DNA of 63,894 nucleotides, counting the filler, from assembly GCA_964501035.1 (NCBI GenBank). It is 3 parts of 3 records of this genome, joined end to end, with 100 filler letters (N's around TTAATTAATTAA, not from the genome) between each part and the next. Parts side by side here need not be neighbours in the genome. Positions count along the whole stretch, not along the records: positions 24,235 to 48,268 come from CAZCRK010000018.1; positions 48,369 to 63,894 come from CAZCRK010000038.1; 1 more part is not named here. The stretch is one strand, 5' to 3'. This document shows, in pieces, positions 48,108-59,273 of the stretch. The translations under genes were made by a program, and so were the position numbers. Numbering within the stretch: the first letter of the stretch is position 1; each line of letters starts with the position of its first letter. The notes beneath the pieces were generated by a model, which ran no database searches, was not told the DNA's origin, and worked only from the letters and a program-made list of their open reading frames with translations.

Positions 48108-48268
48108 ATTATTTAGAGGGGCTACCTTTGTAGGAGTAATACCTACAAAATTAAAATATTCATTATTTATTAATAAAAGTAACCGCAACGTAATTTGTAT
48201 TACCTTTAAGTGTTTCCACAAGTTTTTTTTGATGTAAATCACATTTTTCTTTTTTTACCCCAAAATTT

Positions 48269-48368
48269 NNNNNNNNNNNNNNNNNNNNNNNNNNNNNNNN
48301 NNNNNNNNNNNNTTAATTAATTAANNNNNNNNNNNNNNNNNNNNNNNNNNNNNNNNNNNNNNNNNNNN
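48269..48368. other. Artificial contig linker
   Basis: N44-TTAATTAATTAA-N44. Confidence 0.97.
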
Positions 48369-49535
48369 TTGAAACCAATCTAAATTATATTTATGCGAAT
48401 CATAAGAAAAAATACTAACACCTCTAAAACCATTAAGGCGAGTTAATAACACTTTATCTGCTGAAGATTGAGCATCTTGATTATATGTTGCAATTCCCAT
48501 TATGATTTTGTCTTTATCTTCAGGTGACAAATTGTTTTTCATTAAATCAATACAGGTATTGAAATAATTTATATCTTTAAAATAATTCATAGGTATCGCA
48601 AAATCAAGCAAACCTGTTTCTAACCATAATTCCCAATCTTGATACCATCGAGTCTTAGCTTCATTAATGTTTGGTTTAACGGCTGCACTTAAATCTACAT
48701 CATACCCTTTATTTTCAATATCCTCTCGCAACATTTGCACCAATTGAGTAACCGCATCTCTTCGGAATTGATCCCATGCATAATTCATTGAATCAACAAA
48801 TGATTGCTCCCACCCAAAGCGAGGTGAAATAATCCCTCTAGCAATATCTTGGGGGTCGATATTATACTTTTTATCAAATACTTCTCTTCCTATCGGATTA
48901 TAACCATAGAAATCATCTTGAAAACGAATATAATCTAAATGTAATCCATCAATTGCGTAATTATCCATGATTTCATTAAAAATAGTTCTCAAATATGGAT
49001 TTACTTCAGGATGTGTTGGAGATAAATAAACACCTTCCCATTGAGGTGATTGTGGTTGAGAAAGATCAATCCGCCAATCCATTTTTCCATGGATATTTGC
49101 TTCTGTCCAATCTGTTTTTGTATGATAAATATGGCTACTACTATCTGGTTTGAAATCGCTTGACCATAAAATATATGAATTTACCCATGCATGCACCTCT
49201 AAACCAAGGCCATGCCCAAGACGTATAGCATAATCAAGAGGATCAAAATCAAGTGCAATATTCGGGTGCATTGGAACTGATTCAGATTCATAAAAAGCAT
49301 CACCTCTGCCCCTAACTTGAACGAATACACAATCATATCCATTTTCATAAGCATAATAAAATGCTGTGTCCATTAATGTGGGTTCAAATAACGTTTCTCT
49401 AACTATCCATAGGCACCTTGTTTCTAAATCTAACAATTGTGAATTTGCAAATTCTAGAGTAAAACTAAACAGGGCAATGAAAATCAATGCCCTGTTTATA
49501 ATATATTTCGAAAATAATCGAATACTAGTTCTCAC
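48369..49535 (-). CDS. GHL10/DUF187 (YngK-like) glycoside hydrolase, 3' truncated
   Basis: RCLW, FVQVRGRGDAFY, FDPL, EVHAWVN, DGLHLDYIR, QDW..W, PMNY. Confidence 0.88.
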
Positions 49536-49546
49536 AGTTTAATGTG

Positions 49547-49981
49547 TTACTCCGACTTTGCTTCTTCTTTTGAATCCTGAGTTTCTTCAACTTCAGCTTC
49601 ATCAGATTGAGTTTTTGTGAAATCAACAAATTCAATTAAAGACACAGGTGCATTATCATTTTTACGATTATTTAATTTAATAATTCGTGTATAGCCACCA
49701 CTTCTCTCAGAGAAAGTTGGCGCGATATCATGAATTAACACATTTGCAATCTGTTTGCTTAGTTTGCCATGAATTTTTTTCATAATCAATCTACGACCAT
49801 GCACATCACCTTTTTTTGCATATGTAACTAAACGTTCTACAAAACCACGCAATTCCTTAGCTTTTGCATCGGTAGTTTTAATTTGTTTATGAAGAACAAG
49901 TGATGAAGCAAGATTGCTCATCAACGCCTTTCTATGGCTTGCAGTTCTATTTAATTTTCGTCCTTTTTTCTGATGTCTCAC
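49547..49981 (-). CDS. rplQ: 50S ribosomal protein L17
   Basis: MRHQKKGRKLNRTASHR, GGYTRI. Confidence 0.98.
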   Translation of the reverse strand: MRHQKKGRKLNRTASHRKALMSNLASSLVLHKQIKTTDAKAKELRGFVERLVTYAKKGDVHGRRLIMKKIHGKLSKQIANVLIHDIAPTFSERSGGYTRIIKLNNRKNDNAPVSLIEFVDFTKTQSDEAEVEETQDSKEEAKSE

Positions 49982-49990
49982 AACGTACCC

Positions 49991-50962
49991 TTAATCTTTA
50001 TCTATATATTGAGATATGTCCATCCCAAAGTGCAAGTCTAAATTTCCTAATTTTTCAACCAATTCAGTCAATGACTTTCTACCAAAATTCTTGAATTTTA
50101 GCATTTCACTTTCTTCTTTATCCACAAGTTGATAAATAGTTTTGATACCAGCAGCTTGCAAACAATTATGACTACGGACAGAAAGTTCCATCTCATCAAT
50201 ACTCTTGCCCAAAATTGTTTTGATTTCTAATGCTTCATTAATTTCTTCTTCATTCACTGCACTAATAACACTTGAATCATTGAATAAGAAGTAAGCCATT
50301 TGTCTTCGAATGATATTGGCAGCATGATTTACTGCATCTTTTGGAGAAGTAGAACCATCTGTTGAAACATCTAAGAATAATCTTTCATGACCATCTGTTG
50401 AAGCAGGGATAGGTTGAACATCCCATGCTACATTCGTAACAGGATTATAAATAGCATCAATATTTATTGTACCCAATGTATCATCTTTACGCTTATTTCT
50501 TTCAGCTGCAGAATATCCTTTTCCACGAGAAATACGTATTTCAAAATTTACTTCTTTTTCTTCTGTTATGGTTGCAATATGTACTTCTGGATTTAACACT
50601 TCAAAATCTGTAGTTACTTTTGCAATATCAGCACCTGTAACTTTGCAAGGACCTTGAGCGGTAACCGTTATAAGTTCACTTCCTTCATTTATAATGTTAA
50701 ATCGTACATCCTTAAGATTTAGTACAATATCTGTTATATTTTCAAGCACACCTTTTAAAGTAGAGTATTCATGAGATACACCATCAATTTTAACAGAAGT
50801 TACTGCAGCACCAGGTAAAGCAGTAAGCAAAACTCTACGTAAACTATTTCCAACAGTTACACCATACCCACGTTCAAAAGGTTCAGCTGTAATTTTAGCA
50901 AATGTTTCACTATCATTTTCAACTTTAATATTAATATCTGGAAAATGTTTATTTTTTGACAT
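49991..50962 (-). CDS. rpoA: RNA polymerase alpha subunit
   Basis: EPFERGYGVTVGNSLRRVLL, ELSVRSHNCL, NFGRKSL. Confidence 0.98.
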   Translation of the reverse strand: MSKNKHFPDINIKVENDSETFAKITAEPFERGYGVTVGNSLRRVLLTALPGAAVTSVKIDGVSHEYSTLKGVLENITDIVLNLKDVRFNIINEGSELITVTAQGPCKVTGADIAKVTTDFEVLNPEVHIATITEEKEVNFEIRISRGKGYSAAERNKRKDDTLGTINIDAIYNPVTNVAWDVQPIPASTDGHERLFLDVSTDGSTSPKDAVNHAANIIRRQMAYFLFNDSSVISAVNEEEINEALEIKTILGKSIDEMELSVRSHNCLQAAGIKTIYQLVDKEESEMLKFKNFGRKSLTELVEKLGNLDLHFGMDISQYIDKD

Positions 50963-50985
50963 TTATTTAATCCTATGTAAATATG

Positions 50986-51597
50986 TTATTTTGAGTAAAG
51001 TTCTACAACTAATTGTTCATTAACCGGTTCAGGTATTTGATCTCTTTCAGGATAATTATCAAAACTACCACGTAATTTTGCTTTATCTAAAGTTAACCAG
51101 GGTGCTGGATTATCACCTTGCACTCTTCTCATGGATTCCTGAAACAATTCTAATTTCTTACTTTTATCTCTTACTTGAACCACATCACCTGCTTTTAATT
51201 GAAAAGAAGGAATATTTGTTACTCTATCATTTACAATGAAATGTTTATGAGAAACTAATTGTCTAGCACTTCTTCGTGTAGGTGCTAATCCTAATCTATA
51301 GATGGTATTATCCAATCGAGATTCTAAAATTACAAGCAAGTTATGTCCAGTTGGCCCCATTCTGTTTTGAGCTTTTTTAAAGCAGTTTCTGAACTGTTTT
51401 TCTAGTATCCCATATAAATATTTGATTCGTTGTTTTTCTCGCAACTGAATACCATAGTTGGATAGTTTTGATCTTCTAGATTGCCCATGTTGACCTGGTA
51501 TATAATTTTTTCTTATTGAAGCAAATTTTGGAGATTCAAAAACTGGAAAATCCAGTCTTCTACATACTCTTGCTCTTGGTCCATTGTATTTTGCCAT
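50986..51597 (-). CDS. rpsD: 30S ribosomal protein S4
   Basis: QLREKQR, LESRLDN, ARQLVSH, VVELYSK. Confidence 0.98.
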   Translation of the reverse strand: MAKYNGPRARVCRRLDFPVFESPKFASIRKNYIPGQHGQSRRSKLSNYGIQLREKQRIKYLYGILEKQFRNCFKKAQNRMGPTGHNLLVILESRLDNTIYRLGLAPTRRSARQLVSHKHFIVNDRVTNIPSFQLKAGDVVQVRDKSKKLELFQESMRRVQGDNPAPWLTLDKAKLRGSFDNYPERDQIPEPVNEQLVVELYSK

Positions 51598-51614
51598 TCA
51601 GATAGTTTCCTTAC

Positions 51615-51998
51615 TTAAACTCTTCTTTTCTTAGGAGGACGACACCCATTATGTGGGATTGGAGTTACATCCATTATCAACGAAATATTTAAACCAGTTG
51701 CACGTAGCCCTCGTACAGCTGCTTCTCTTCCTCCACCAGGTCCTTTTAGCCTTACTTCAACTGTATTTAATCCCATTGCCATTGCTTCTCTAGCTACTTT
51801 TTCAGCAGCTTGAGTTGCAGCAAATGGCGTACTTTTACGAGACCCTTTAAAACCAAGCATGCCCGCACTTGACCATGCTATAGCATTTCCAAATTTATCT
51901 GTAAGAGAAATAATTGTATTGTTAAAAGTTGCTTTAACAAAAGCTATCCCTTCGGGATCTACTTTTACTTTCTTTTTCTTTTTTACCGGTCTAGCCAA
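51615..51998 (-). CDS. rpsK: 30S ribosomal protein S11
   Basis: [29 protein letters not shown]. Confidence 0.98.
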   Translation of the reverse strand: MARPVKKKKKVKVDPEGIAFVKATFNNTIISLTDKFGNAIAWSSAGMLGFKGSRKSTPFAATQAAEKVAREAMAMGLNTVEVRLKGPGGGREAAVRGLRATGLNISLIMDVTPIPHNGCRPPKKRRV

Positions 51999-52023
51999 TA
52001 GATTCTACTCCTGTTTAAATTTT

Positions 52024-52392
52024 CTAACCTTTTTTACCAGCTACAGTCTTTTTCCGACCTTTGCGAGTTCTTGAGTTATTTTTAGTATTTTGTCCACGAA
52101 CTGGCAAACCAGATCTATGTCTCAATCCTCTATAGTTTCCGATATCCATTAGTCGTTTAATGTTTCGAGAAACCATCCCTCTCATTTCACCTTCAACCGT
52201 ATAATTATCCGCAATTGCATTACGAATGGCTAACAATTGTTCTTCATTTAATTCATGAACTCTAATATTTGGGTCAACCCCTGCTTTATCTAAAATTTTT
52301 CTTGAACTTGTTTCACCAATTCCATAAATATATGGTAAGGCAAATTCCACTTTTTTATTTCTTGGTAAATCTACACCAGCTATACGTGCCAA
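52024..52392 (-). CDS. rpsM: 30S ribosomal protein S13 (TTG start)
   Basis: [21 protein letters not shown]. Confidence 0.98.
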   Translation of the reverse strand: MARIAGVDLPRNKKVEFALPYIYGIGETSSRKILDKAGVDPNIRVHELNEEQLLAIRNAIADNYTVEGEMRGMVSRNIKRLMDIGNYRGLRHRSGLPVRGQNTKNNSRTRKGRKKTVAGKKG

Positions 52393-52401
52393 GATATACT
52401 C

Positions 52402-52515
52402 CTAACCTTGTCTTTGTTTATGTTTTGGGTTTTGACAAATTACTCGAACGACACCATGTCGTTTAATAATTTGACACTTATCACAAATTTTCTTTACTGA
52501 AGCACGAACTTTCAT
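52402..52515 (-). CDS. rpmJ: 50S ribosomal protein L36 (absent from ORF track, 37 aa)
   Basis: Manual translation [43 protein letters not shown]. Confidence 0.97.
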   Translation of the reverse strand: MKVRASVKKICDKCQIIKRHGVVRVICQNPKHKQRQG

Positions 52516-52524
52516 AATCGCCTC

Positions 52525-52743
52525 TTATTTATACCTATAAGTTATTCTTCCACGACTCAAATCATATGGAGATAATTCTAATTTCACCTTATCTCCAGGA
52601 AGAATTTTAATATAATGCATTCGCATTTTACCTGAAACATGAGCTAAAACCTCATGCTCATTTTCTAATTTTACTCGAAACATTACATTCGGTAATGTTT
52701 CAATAACTTCACCATCTACTTCTATTGCAGCTTCTTTTGCCAT
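52525..52743 (-). CDS. infA: Translation initiation factor IF-1
   Basis: [23 protein letters not shown]. Confidence 0.98.
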   Translation of the reverse strand: MAKEAAIEVDGEVIETLPNVMFRVKLENEHEVLAHVSGKMRMHYIKILPGDKVKLELSPYDLSRGRITYRYK

Positions 52744-53486
52744 TAATTAGTGAGTATTCTCACTCCCTTTTCTGTTAACACAACTGTATGTTCAAAATGT
52801 GCAGATGGCAAACTGTCTGCTGTACATACAGTCCACTCATCTTTGCCTGTATAAATTTCCGGTGTTCCCATATTAATCATCGGTTCGATTGCAAGGCACA
52901 TTCCAACTTGCAATTTAGCACCTCTTCCCTTTTTACCATAATTTGGTATTTGGGGTTCTTCATGCAATTTTTTTCCGATACCATGACCAACTAATTCTCT
53001 TACTACACCATATCCGTTAGATTCAGCATGGGTTTGAACAGCATATCCGATATCTCCGATAGTATTTCCACACTTTACTTGTGCAACACCCTTATCAAGG
53101 CATGTTTTAGTATGATCAATCAATTGTTGTTTTTCAATACTAATTTCACCTACAGAAAATGTTCGTGCATGGTCTCCATAAAAATCATCTAATATAGTTC
53201 CACAGTCAACACTTATAATTTCACCTTCAATTAAGTGTCTTTTGCTTGGAATCCCATGAACCACTTCATCATCAATTGAAATACACAAAGTGGCTGGGAA
53301 GCCATACAATCCTTTAAAACCTGGAAGCGCACTTTGTGATCTAATGTATTCTTCTGCTCTTTTATCAAGTTCTAGAGTTTGAACACCTGGTACAATATAC
53401 TCTTCCAACATGCAGAGTGTCTCTTTTACGATTTGCCCTGCACGGTAAATCTTTTCAATTTCATCTAAACTTTTTAAGTGAATCAC
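52743..53486 (-). CDS. map: Methionine aminopeptidase type I
   Basis: VVHGIP, GHGIG..LHEEP, AIEPM, SAHFEHT. Confidence 0.97.
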   Translation of the reverse strand: MIHLKSLDEIEKIYRAGQIVKETLCMLEEYIVPGVQTLELDKRAEEYIRSQSALPGFKGLYGFPATLCISIDDEVVHGIPSKRHLIEGEIISVDCGTILDDFYGDHARTFSVGEISIEKQQLIDHTKTCLDKGVAQVKCGNTIGDIGYAVQTHAESNGYGVVRELVGHGIGKKLHEEPQIPNYGKKGRGAKLQVGMCLAIEPMINMGTPEIYTGKDEWTVCTADSLPSAHFEHTVVLTEKGVRILTN

Positions 53487-53504
53487 TTTAAAGTAAAGCT
53501 CAAA

Positions 53505-54833
53505 CTATTTACGGTTTCGACCCTTAATCTTACCGGATTTCAAAAAGCCATCGTAGTGTCTCATAATCAAATGTGACTCAATTTGCTGAAGTGTATCCAA
53601 AGCAACACCTACGATAATTAATAAACTTGTTCCACCATAAAAACTAGCCAGTGAAAAATCTACACTGAAAAAATTAGACAATATTGATGGAAATATTGCA
53701 ATAAAAGCTAAAAATATAGCAGCGGGTAAAGTAACACGTGTTAGAATGCGATCAATAAAATCAGCAGTAGCTTTCCCAGGTCGAACTCCTGGAATAAATC
53801 CACCTTGCTTTTTCATATTATCAGCAACATCTACAGGATTAAATGCAATTGCTGTATAAAAATATGTAAATACAATTATCAATATTCCAAAAAACAATGA
53901 ATAGACAAAATGAGTGGGTGAAAACACTCGAGTTAACCATTCACCAAACGCATTATCTGAGAAAAATGATGCAACTGTATTTGGAATAAACATCAAAGCT
54001 TGAGCAAAAATGATTGGCATTACTCCGGCAGTCAATATTTTTAAGGGAATATGTGTAGATTGACCACCGTACACTTTTCTCCCAACAACCCTTTTAGCAT
54101 ATTGTACTGGTATTTTTCGTACCCCAGTTTGAATTGCAACAACAAAATAAGTTATTCCAAACATAAGGACTAGTAAAAATAAACTTTCAAATGGATTAGC
54201 TAAACCATCACGCATTAGTGCAACCTGTTGATTAAATACATGTGGTGCTCTAGCTAAAATACCCACCATAATTATCAATGAAATACCGTTTCCAATACCA
54301 TGATCTGAAATCTGTTCTCCAAGCCACATCACAAACACAGTACCCGTTACGAGTGTTATAATTGTAACAAAATAGAAAAAGAAGTCTGGATTTGGAACAA
54401 CAGGACCAGATTGAGTTACAGGATAACTGGCTAAGAATACAGAAACACCTATTGCCTGTAAACTTGCAATTAATACAGTTCCATAACGTGTTATTTGAAT
54501 AATTTTCTTTCGGCCTTCTTCACCTTCTTTTTGCAATCGTTGGAAATACGGTATTACAGCTCCCAATAATTGAATAATAATAGATGATGAAATGTAAGGC
54601 ATAATTCCAAGAGCAAATATGGATGCTTGAGAAAAGAAACCTCCAGCAAACATATCATATAAACCAAGTAGTGAGTTGTTAAAGTTTTGCATAACTGCAG
54701 CTAAAGCAACTTTATCAATACCAGGAACAGGTACTTTACCACCTAGTCGATATACAACAAGAAGCATTAATGTAAAAAATAACTTTTTACGTAAGTCTTG
54801 TATTTTAAATATATTTAAAAACTTTTCAATCAT
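53505..54833 (-). CDS. secY: Preprotein translocase SecY
   Basis: SIFALGIMPYI, GIGNGISL, FIPGVRPG, GGTSLLI. Confidence 0.98.
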   Translation of the reverse strand: MIEKFLNIFKIQDLRKKLFFTLMLLVVYRLGGKVPVPGIDKVALAAVMQNFNNSLLGLYDMFAGGFFSQASIFALGIMPYISSSIIIQLLGAVIPYFQRLQKEGEEGRKKIIQITRYGTVLIASLQAIGVSVFLASYPVTQSGPVVPNPDFFFYFVTIITLVTGTVFVMWLGEQISDHGIGNGISLIIMVGILARAPHVFNQQVALMRDGLANPFESLFLLVLMFGITYFVVAIQTGVRKIPVQYAKRVVGRKVYGGQSTHIPLKILTAGVMPIIFAQALMFIPNTVASFFSDNAFGEWLTRVFSPTHFVYSLFFGILIIVFTYFYTAIAFNPVDVADNMKKQGGFIPGVRPGKATADFIDRILTRVTLPAAIFLAFIAIFPSILSNFFSVDFSLASFYGGTSLLIIVGVALDTLQQIESHLIMRHYDGFLKSGKIKGRNRK

Positions 54834-55270
54834 AAGTAAATAACCTTACCACCAGCTTTTTCTATTTGCTCAATAGCAGATTGACTAAATAAATCAGCTG
54901 AAACTTCAACAGCAGATGTAATTTCACCATTCCCTAAAATTTTAACAGGTAAATGTGCTTTTTTAACGATTCCATTTTCAATTAAAACATTCACATCTAC
55001 TTTATCTAATCCTAAGTTTTGAATCCTATCAAGATTTACTATTTGAATTTCTTTTCTAAAATGATAATTTGAAAATCCGCGTTTTGGTAATCTTCTCATC
55101 ATAGGAGTTTGTCCACCTTCAAAATGAAACTTCGCTTTAGCTCCAGATCTTGAATGATACCCTTTATGACCTTTACCAGCAGTACGACCCTGACCTGTTG
55201 CATTACCACGGCCTATTCTTTTTCTATTTCTAACAGAACCTTTTGCAGGTTGTAAATTGTCTAAGCCCAT
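54830..55270 (-). CDS. rplO: 50S ribosomal protein L15
   Basis: FEGGQTP..RRLPKRGF. Confidence 0.97.
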   Translation of the reverse strand: MGLDNLQPAKGSVRNRKRIGRGNATGQGRTAGKGHKGYHSRSGAKAKFHFEGGQTPMMRRLPKRGFSNYHFRKEIQIVNLDRIQNLGLDKVDVNVLIENGIVKKAHLPVKILGNGEITSAVEVSADLFSQSAIEQIEKAGGKVIYL

Positions 55271-55453
55271 CTATACTTCCTCAACTTTTAGTAAATGAGA
55301 AATTGAATTTACCATACCTTTAATAGCTGGTGATTCAGAATGAATTACAGTAGTATTCATTTTTTTTATACCTAATGCTATAAGTGTATCTTTAGTTCGT
55401 TGGCGATAACCAATCGCACTTTTAATTTGGGTGATTTTTAATTTCTTTGCCAT
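55271..55453 (-). CDS. rpmD: 50S ribosomal protein L30
   Basis: KITQIKSAIG; operon position. Confidence 0.95.
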   Translation of the reverse strand: MAKKLKITQIKSAIGYRQRTKDTLIALGIKKMNTTVIHSESPAIKGMVNSISHLLKVEEV

Positions 55454-55462
55454 AAATAATCT

Positions 55463-55969
55463 CTAAGAAAAAAGTTCTTTCATTGATATTCCACGTTGAC
55501 GAGATACAGTAAGTGGATCTCTTAATTGTTTTAAACCGTACTCAACCGCTTTTACAACATTAATTGCATTTGTTGAACCCGTGTTTTTGGTAAGAATATT
55601 TGAAACACCTAATTGTTCCAAAACAGCTCGAACTGGGCCACCAGCAATAATACCTGTACCGGGAGCTGCTGGTTTTAACATAAGCCTAACAGAACCTAAT
55701 TTGATGTCAATTTTGTGAGGAATTGTACCATTTATTAGAGGTGCTTTAAAAATATTTTTCTTAGCAACATCTTTAGCCTTATTAACAGCTGAAGCAACTT
55801 CATTTGCTTTACCTAATCCTATCCCTACATGGCCTTTTCCATCACCTACTACTACAATACAATTGAAACGCATTCTACGTCCACCTGTTGTTGCTTTTGA
55901 AACACGATTAATTGCAACAACCGTTTCGTCTTTTAGTTCAAGTTCTGTTGGATTTACTATAAAATTCAA
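55463..55969 (-). CDS. rpsE: 30S ribosomal protein S5 (TTG start)
   Basis: INRVSK..GGR, VVVGDG, PAAPGTGIIAGG. Confidence 0.97.
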   Translation of the reverse strand: MNFIVNPTELELKDETVVAINRVSKATTGGRRMRFNCIVVVGDGKGHVGIGLGKANEVASAVNKAKDVAKKNIFKAPLINGTIPHKIDIKLGSVRLMLKPAAPGTGIIAGGPVRAVLEQLGVSNILTKNTGSTNAINVVKAVEYGLKQLRDPLTVSRQRGISMKELFS

Positions 55970-55981
55970 ATTTCTCTCCGA

Positions 55982-56356
55982 TTAAAATTGGATTCCAGAT
56001 TCTCGCACTGCATCTGCTAATGCTTTAACTCGTCCGTGGTATTTATAACCATTTCTATCAAAAACTATTTTTTCTATTTTTTGTTTTTTAATTTTTGCAC
56101 CAATAGCTTTTCCCACTTCAGAGCTTTTATTAATTTTTCCTTCAACACCAGAAACGACTTTAGTTAAATCTTTATCATTAGATGATGCAGAAGCAATTAC
56201 ATTGCCTAAATTGTCATCAACAAGTTGAGCATAGATGTGAATATTTGACCTATAAACAACTAATCTAGGATATTTGCCTCTCACGCCAAGTTTATGTTTT
56301 ACTCGACTTCGTTTTTTCAACCAATTTTGTCTTTTATTTTTATTTCTATCTGACAT
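55982..56356 (-). CDS. rplR: 50S ribosomal protein L18
   Basis: PRLVVYRS, FDRNGYKYHGRVKALAD. Confidence 0.97.
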   Translation of the reverse strand: MSDRNKNKRQNWLKKRSRVKHKLGVRGKYPRLVVYRSNIHIYAQLVDDNLGNVIASASSNDKDLTKVVSGVEGKINKSSEVGKAIGAKIKKQKIEKIVFDRNGYKYHGRVKALADAVRESGIQF

Positions 56357-56898
56357 TACCCTACCCCAACTGTCTTACCGGCTTTTCTTCTAATATGTTC
56401 ATCCGAATATTTTATACCCTTACCTTTATACGGTTCAGGTTTTCTAATAGATCTTATCTTTGCAGAAACTTGACCAACAGACTGTTTGTCGATTCCTTTC
56501 ACAACAATGGATGTTGCACTTGGAGTTTCAAATTCAATTCCTTCAGGTTTTTGAAAATAAATGGGATGAGAATAACCTGCATTTATTAACAGCATATCAC
56601 CCTTACTTGATGCTGTAAACCCAACCCCAACTAACGTTAACTCTTTTTTGAAACCTTGAGAAACACCTGTTACCATATTTGCGATTAAAGCACGCGTTAA
56701 TCCATGTAACTCACGATGTTTTTTTTCATCTGAAGGTCGAGTTATTGATACATTATTTTCATCAATAACTACTTTAATTTCAGGATTTATGTTTTGTGAC
56801 AATTCACCTAGTTTACCTTTTACAGTAACTACACCATTTTTAAAATCTACCTGAACTCCTTCAGGTGTATTAATTGGTTTTTTACCTATATGTGACAT
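56356..56898 (-). CDS. rplF: 50S ribosomal protein L6
   Basis: MSHIGKKPI start (56898), PEPYKGKGI, RRKAGK. Confidence 0.97.
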   Translation of the reverse strand: MSHIGKKPINTPEGVQVDFKNGVVTVKGKLGELSQNINPEIKVVIDENNVSITRPSDEKKHRELHGLTRALIANMVTGVSQGFKKELTLVGVGFTASSKGDMLLINAGYSHPIYFQKPEGIEFETPSATSIVVKGIDKQSVGQVSAKIRSIRKPEPYKGKGIKYSDEHIRRKAGKTVGVG

Positions 56899-56917
56899 TA
56901 ATAAACTCTTCTCTTTC

Positions 56918-57316
56918 TTACCAAACGTGACACAAAACTTCGCCACCAACATTTAACATCTTGGCCTTTTTGCTAGAAATAACACCTTTTGATGTTGTTA
57001 ATACTGCAATTCCCATACCATTTAACACTCTTGGCATATTTTTAGAAGTTACGTAATTTCTACAACCAGGTTTACTGACACGTTTCAACCCATGAATAAC
57101 TGGTTTGTTTTCAAAATCATAATTCAAAAAGACTCTTAACATATTTTGCTTATCATCTTTAATCAAAATGAAATCACGAATAAAATGTTCTTCTTTAAGA
57201 ACATAAGAAACTCTTATCTTTAAATTTGATGCAGGAATATCCACCCATTTTTTTAATGCTGCTTGAGCATTTCGAATACGAGTCAAATAATCTGCTACTG
57301 GATCATTCATTGACAT
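56918..57316 (-). CDS. rpsH: 30S ribosomal protein S8
   Basis: DPVADYLTRIRNA, SKPG.R.Y, GGEVLC. Confidence 0.98.
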   Translation of the reverse strand: MSMNDPVADYLTRIRNAQAALKKWVDIPASNLKIRVSYVLKEEHFIRDFILIKDDKQNMLRVFLNYDFENKPVIHGLKRVSKPGCRNYVTSKNMPRVLNGMGIAVLTTSKGVISSKKAKMLNVGGEVLCHVW

Positions 57317-57331
57317 AAATCAAATATTCCT

Positions 57332-57517
57332 TTACCAACTTGCTTTCGTTACACCAGGAATTTGTCCTTTATGAGCCATTTCTCTAAAACAAATCCTGCA
57401 CAATCCAAATTTTCTATACACAGCATGTGGTCTTCCACAATTATTACAACGAGTATATTGCCTCGTTGAAAACTTAGGTTTTCTCTGTGCCTTTACTACT
57501 AATGCTTTTCTTGCCAT
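57332..57517 (-). CDS. rpsZ: 30S ribosomal protein S14, zinc-binding type
   Basis: 61 aa, CNNC...[12 protein letters not shown]. Confidence 0.96.
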   Translation of the reverse strand: MARKALVVKAQRKPKFSTRQYTRCNNCGRPHAVYRKFGLCRICFREMAHKGQIPGVTKASW

Positions 57518-58110
57518 TAAGCTGCAACCTCTTGTTCAACTTGATTTTTCTTTTTCACACGAATTGGCAAACCTAAGGCTAATAACAACTCATAAGCTTC
57601 TTCATCGGTTTGTGCTGAAGTTACAATAGTAACATTCATTCCTCGTATTTTATTTACTTTATCATAGTTAATTTCGGGAAAAACTATTTGCTCACTTAAC
57701 CCAAAATTATAGTTACCTCTCCCATCAAACCCTTTCGCAGGTAAACCCTGAAAGTCTCTAATCCTTGGAGAAGTAACAGAAATAAATCTATCTAAAAATT
57801 CGTACATGCGTTCTCTTCTAATGGTAACCCGTACTCCTACTGGATCAGCTTCCCTAATTTTAAAATTAGAAATAGCTTTTTTAGCAAAAGTTTTAACTGC
57901 TTGTTGCCCAGAAATAGTGGTTAACTCTTCTACAGCTTGAATCACATGATTTTTATTTTCTCTTGCATCACCCATTCCCATATTGAGAATAATTTTTTCT
58001 ACTTTTGGTATTCTCATCGTATTTGAAATATTTAATGTTTTTCCAACTTCAGATTTAATAACTTCATTAAATTGTTTGAGTAATCTTGGTATATATTTTT
58101 CTTCAGCCAT
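57517..58110 (-). CDS. rplE: 50S ribosomal protein L5
   Basis: [18 protein letters not shown]. Confidence 0.97.
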   Translation of the reverse strand: MAEEKYIPRLLKQFNEVIKSEVGKTLNISNTMRIPKVEKIILNMGMGDARENKNHVIQAVEELTTISGQQAVKTFAKKAISNFKIREADPVGVRVTIRRERMYEFLDRFISVTSPRIRDFQGLPAKGFDGRGNYNFGLSEQIVFPEINYDKVNKIRGMNVTIVTSAQTDEEAYELLLALGLPIRVKKKNQVEQEVAA

Positions 58111-58114
58111 GATT

Positions 58115-58420
58115 TTAATCTACTATATCACCTGTTTTTTTAGAATATCGTACTTTTTTGCCGTCCTCGAGTATTTTATACCCTACTCGAGTTGCTTTTC
58201 CACCAACCATCAACATTACATTGGAAACATGTATAGATGCTTCCTTTTCCATAATACCACCTTGTGGATTATCTTGTGTTGGTCTCATATGACGTTTCAC
58301 ATTATTTATACCCTCAACAACAACTCTTTCTCTATCAGGATAAACTTTGATTACACGCCCAGTTTTACCTTTGTCTGTTCCAGAGATAACTTGAACAGTA
58401 TCATTTTTCTTAATTTTCAT
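58115..58420 (-). CDS. rplX: 50S ribosomal protein L24
   Basis: KOW motif [14 protein letters not shown]. Confidence 0.97.
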   Translation of the reverse strand: MKIKKNDTVQVISGTDKGKTGRVIKVYPDRERVVVEGINNVKRHMRPTQDNPQGGIMEKEASIHVSNVMLMVGGKATRVGYKILEDGKKVRYSKKTGDIVD

Positions 58421-58788
58421 TATATAACCTCTGGTGCTAATGACAAAATTTTCATAAACTTCTTTTCACGAAGTTCTCTTGCAACAGGTCCAAAAACACG
58501 AGTACCTTTAGGTTCCATTTGCTTATTGATTAACACAGCAGCATTTTCGTCAAATCGAATATAAGATCCGTCTTTACGACGAACTTCTTTACGTGTTCTA
58601 ACTACTACTGCATCAGACAACTCACCTTTTTTTACAACACCACCAGGAATGGCTTTTTTTACAGTTACAACAATTGTGTCGCCCAAACGTGCATATTTGC
58701 GTTTTGTTCCACCTAACACACGAATACATAAAACCTCTTTGGCTCCAGTATTATCGGCAACTTTTAATTTTGATTCTTGTTGGATCAT
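58420..58788 (-). CDS. rplN: 50S ribosomal protein L14
   Basis: [19 protein letters not shown]. Confidence 0.98.
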   Translation of the reverse strand: MIQQESKLKVADNTGAKEVLCIRVLGGTKRKYARLGDTIVVTVKKAIPGGVVKKGELSDAVVVRTRKEVRRKDGSYIRFDENAAVLINKQMEPKGTRVFGPVARELREKKFMKILSLAPEVI

Positions 58789-58797
58789 AACAAACCT

Positions 58798-59061
58798 TTA
58801 AACTTCAACAGCTTTCTTTTCAATATTTTCAACAGTCCATCTCTTCAACTTACTTATAGGTCGTGATTCACGGATTTTAACTAAATCACCATCTTGGCAT
58901 TTATTTTGTGAATCATGAGCATAGTACTTTTTAGACTGTGTAACAAATTTTTTATAAACAGGATGAGGAAATCTTCTTGATACTCTAACAACCACTGTTT
59001 TATCCATCTTAGTGGAACAAACCACACCAACTAAGCGACGACGATTACTATCTTCACTCAT
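58798..59061 (-). CDS. rpsQ: 30S ribosomal protein S17
   Basis: [19 protein letters not shown]. Confidence 0.97.
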   Translation of the reverse strand: MSEDSNRRRLVGVVCSTKMDKTVVVRVSRRFPHPVYKKFVTQSKKYYAHDSQNKCQDGDLVKIRESRPISKLKRWTVENIEKKAVEV

Positions 59062-59273
59062 TATGAAGCTTCCTTTCCTCTAATTCCTAATTCGAATTCT
59101 CTGATTACAGTTTTAATTTGAGCAATTTCTCTTTTAGTATGTTTAATCATTTGTGGATGTTCCAATTGTTGTAATGCCTTTTGAAATCTTAAATTCAATA
59201 AAGCTTCTTGGTTATCTTTCAATTTAACTTCCAACTCTGATAATGTTAATTTTTGCAATTCTTTACTATCCAT
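59061..59273 (-). CDS. rpmC: 50S ribosomal protein L29
   Basis: [15 protein letters not shown]; operon position. Confidence 0.93.
   Translation of the reverse strand: MDSKELQKLTLSELEVKLKDNQEALLNLRFQKALQQLEHPQMIKHTKREIAQIKTVIREFELGIRGKEAS

Noticed and set aside
48108..48242. 45-aa N-terminal extension of the TonB receptor in the ORF track
   Set aside because: A normal signal peptide begins at ATG 48107; the upstream part is AT-rich leader from a non-ATG start.
53487..53504. No adk between secY and map
   Set aside because: The secY-map-infA order is common in FCB-group bacteria and not unusual.
56899..56952. N-terminal extension of L6 in the ORF track
   Set aside because: Overlaps the end of rpsH; the canonical MSxIGKxPI start is at 56898.
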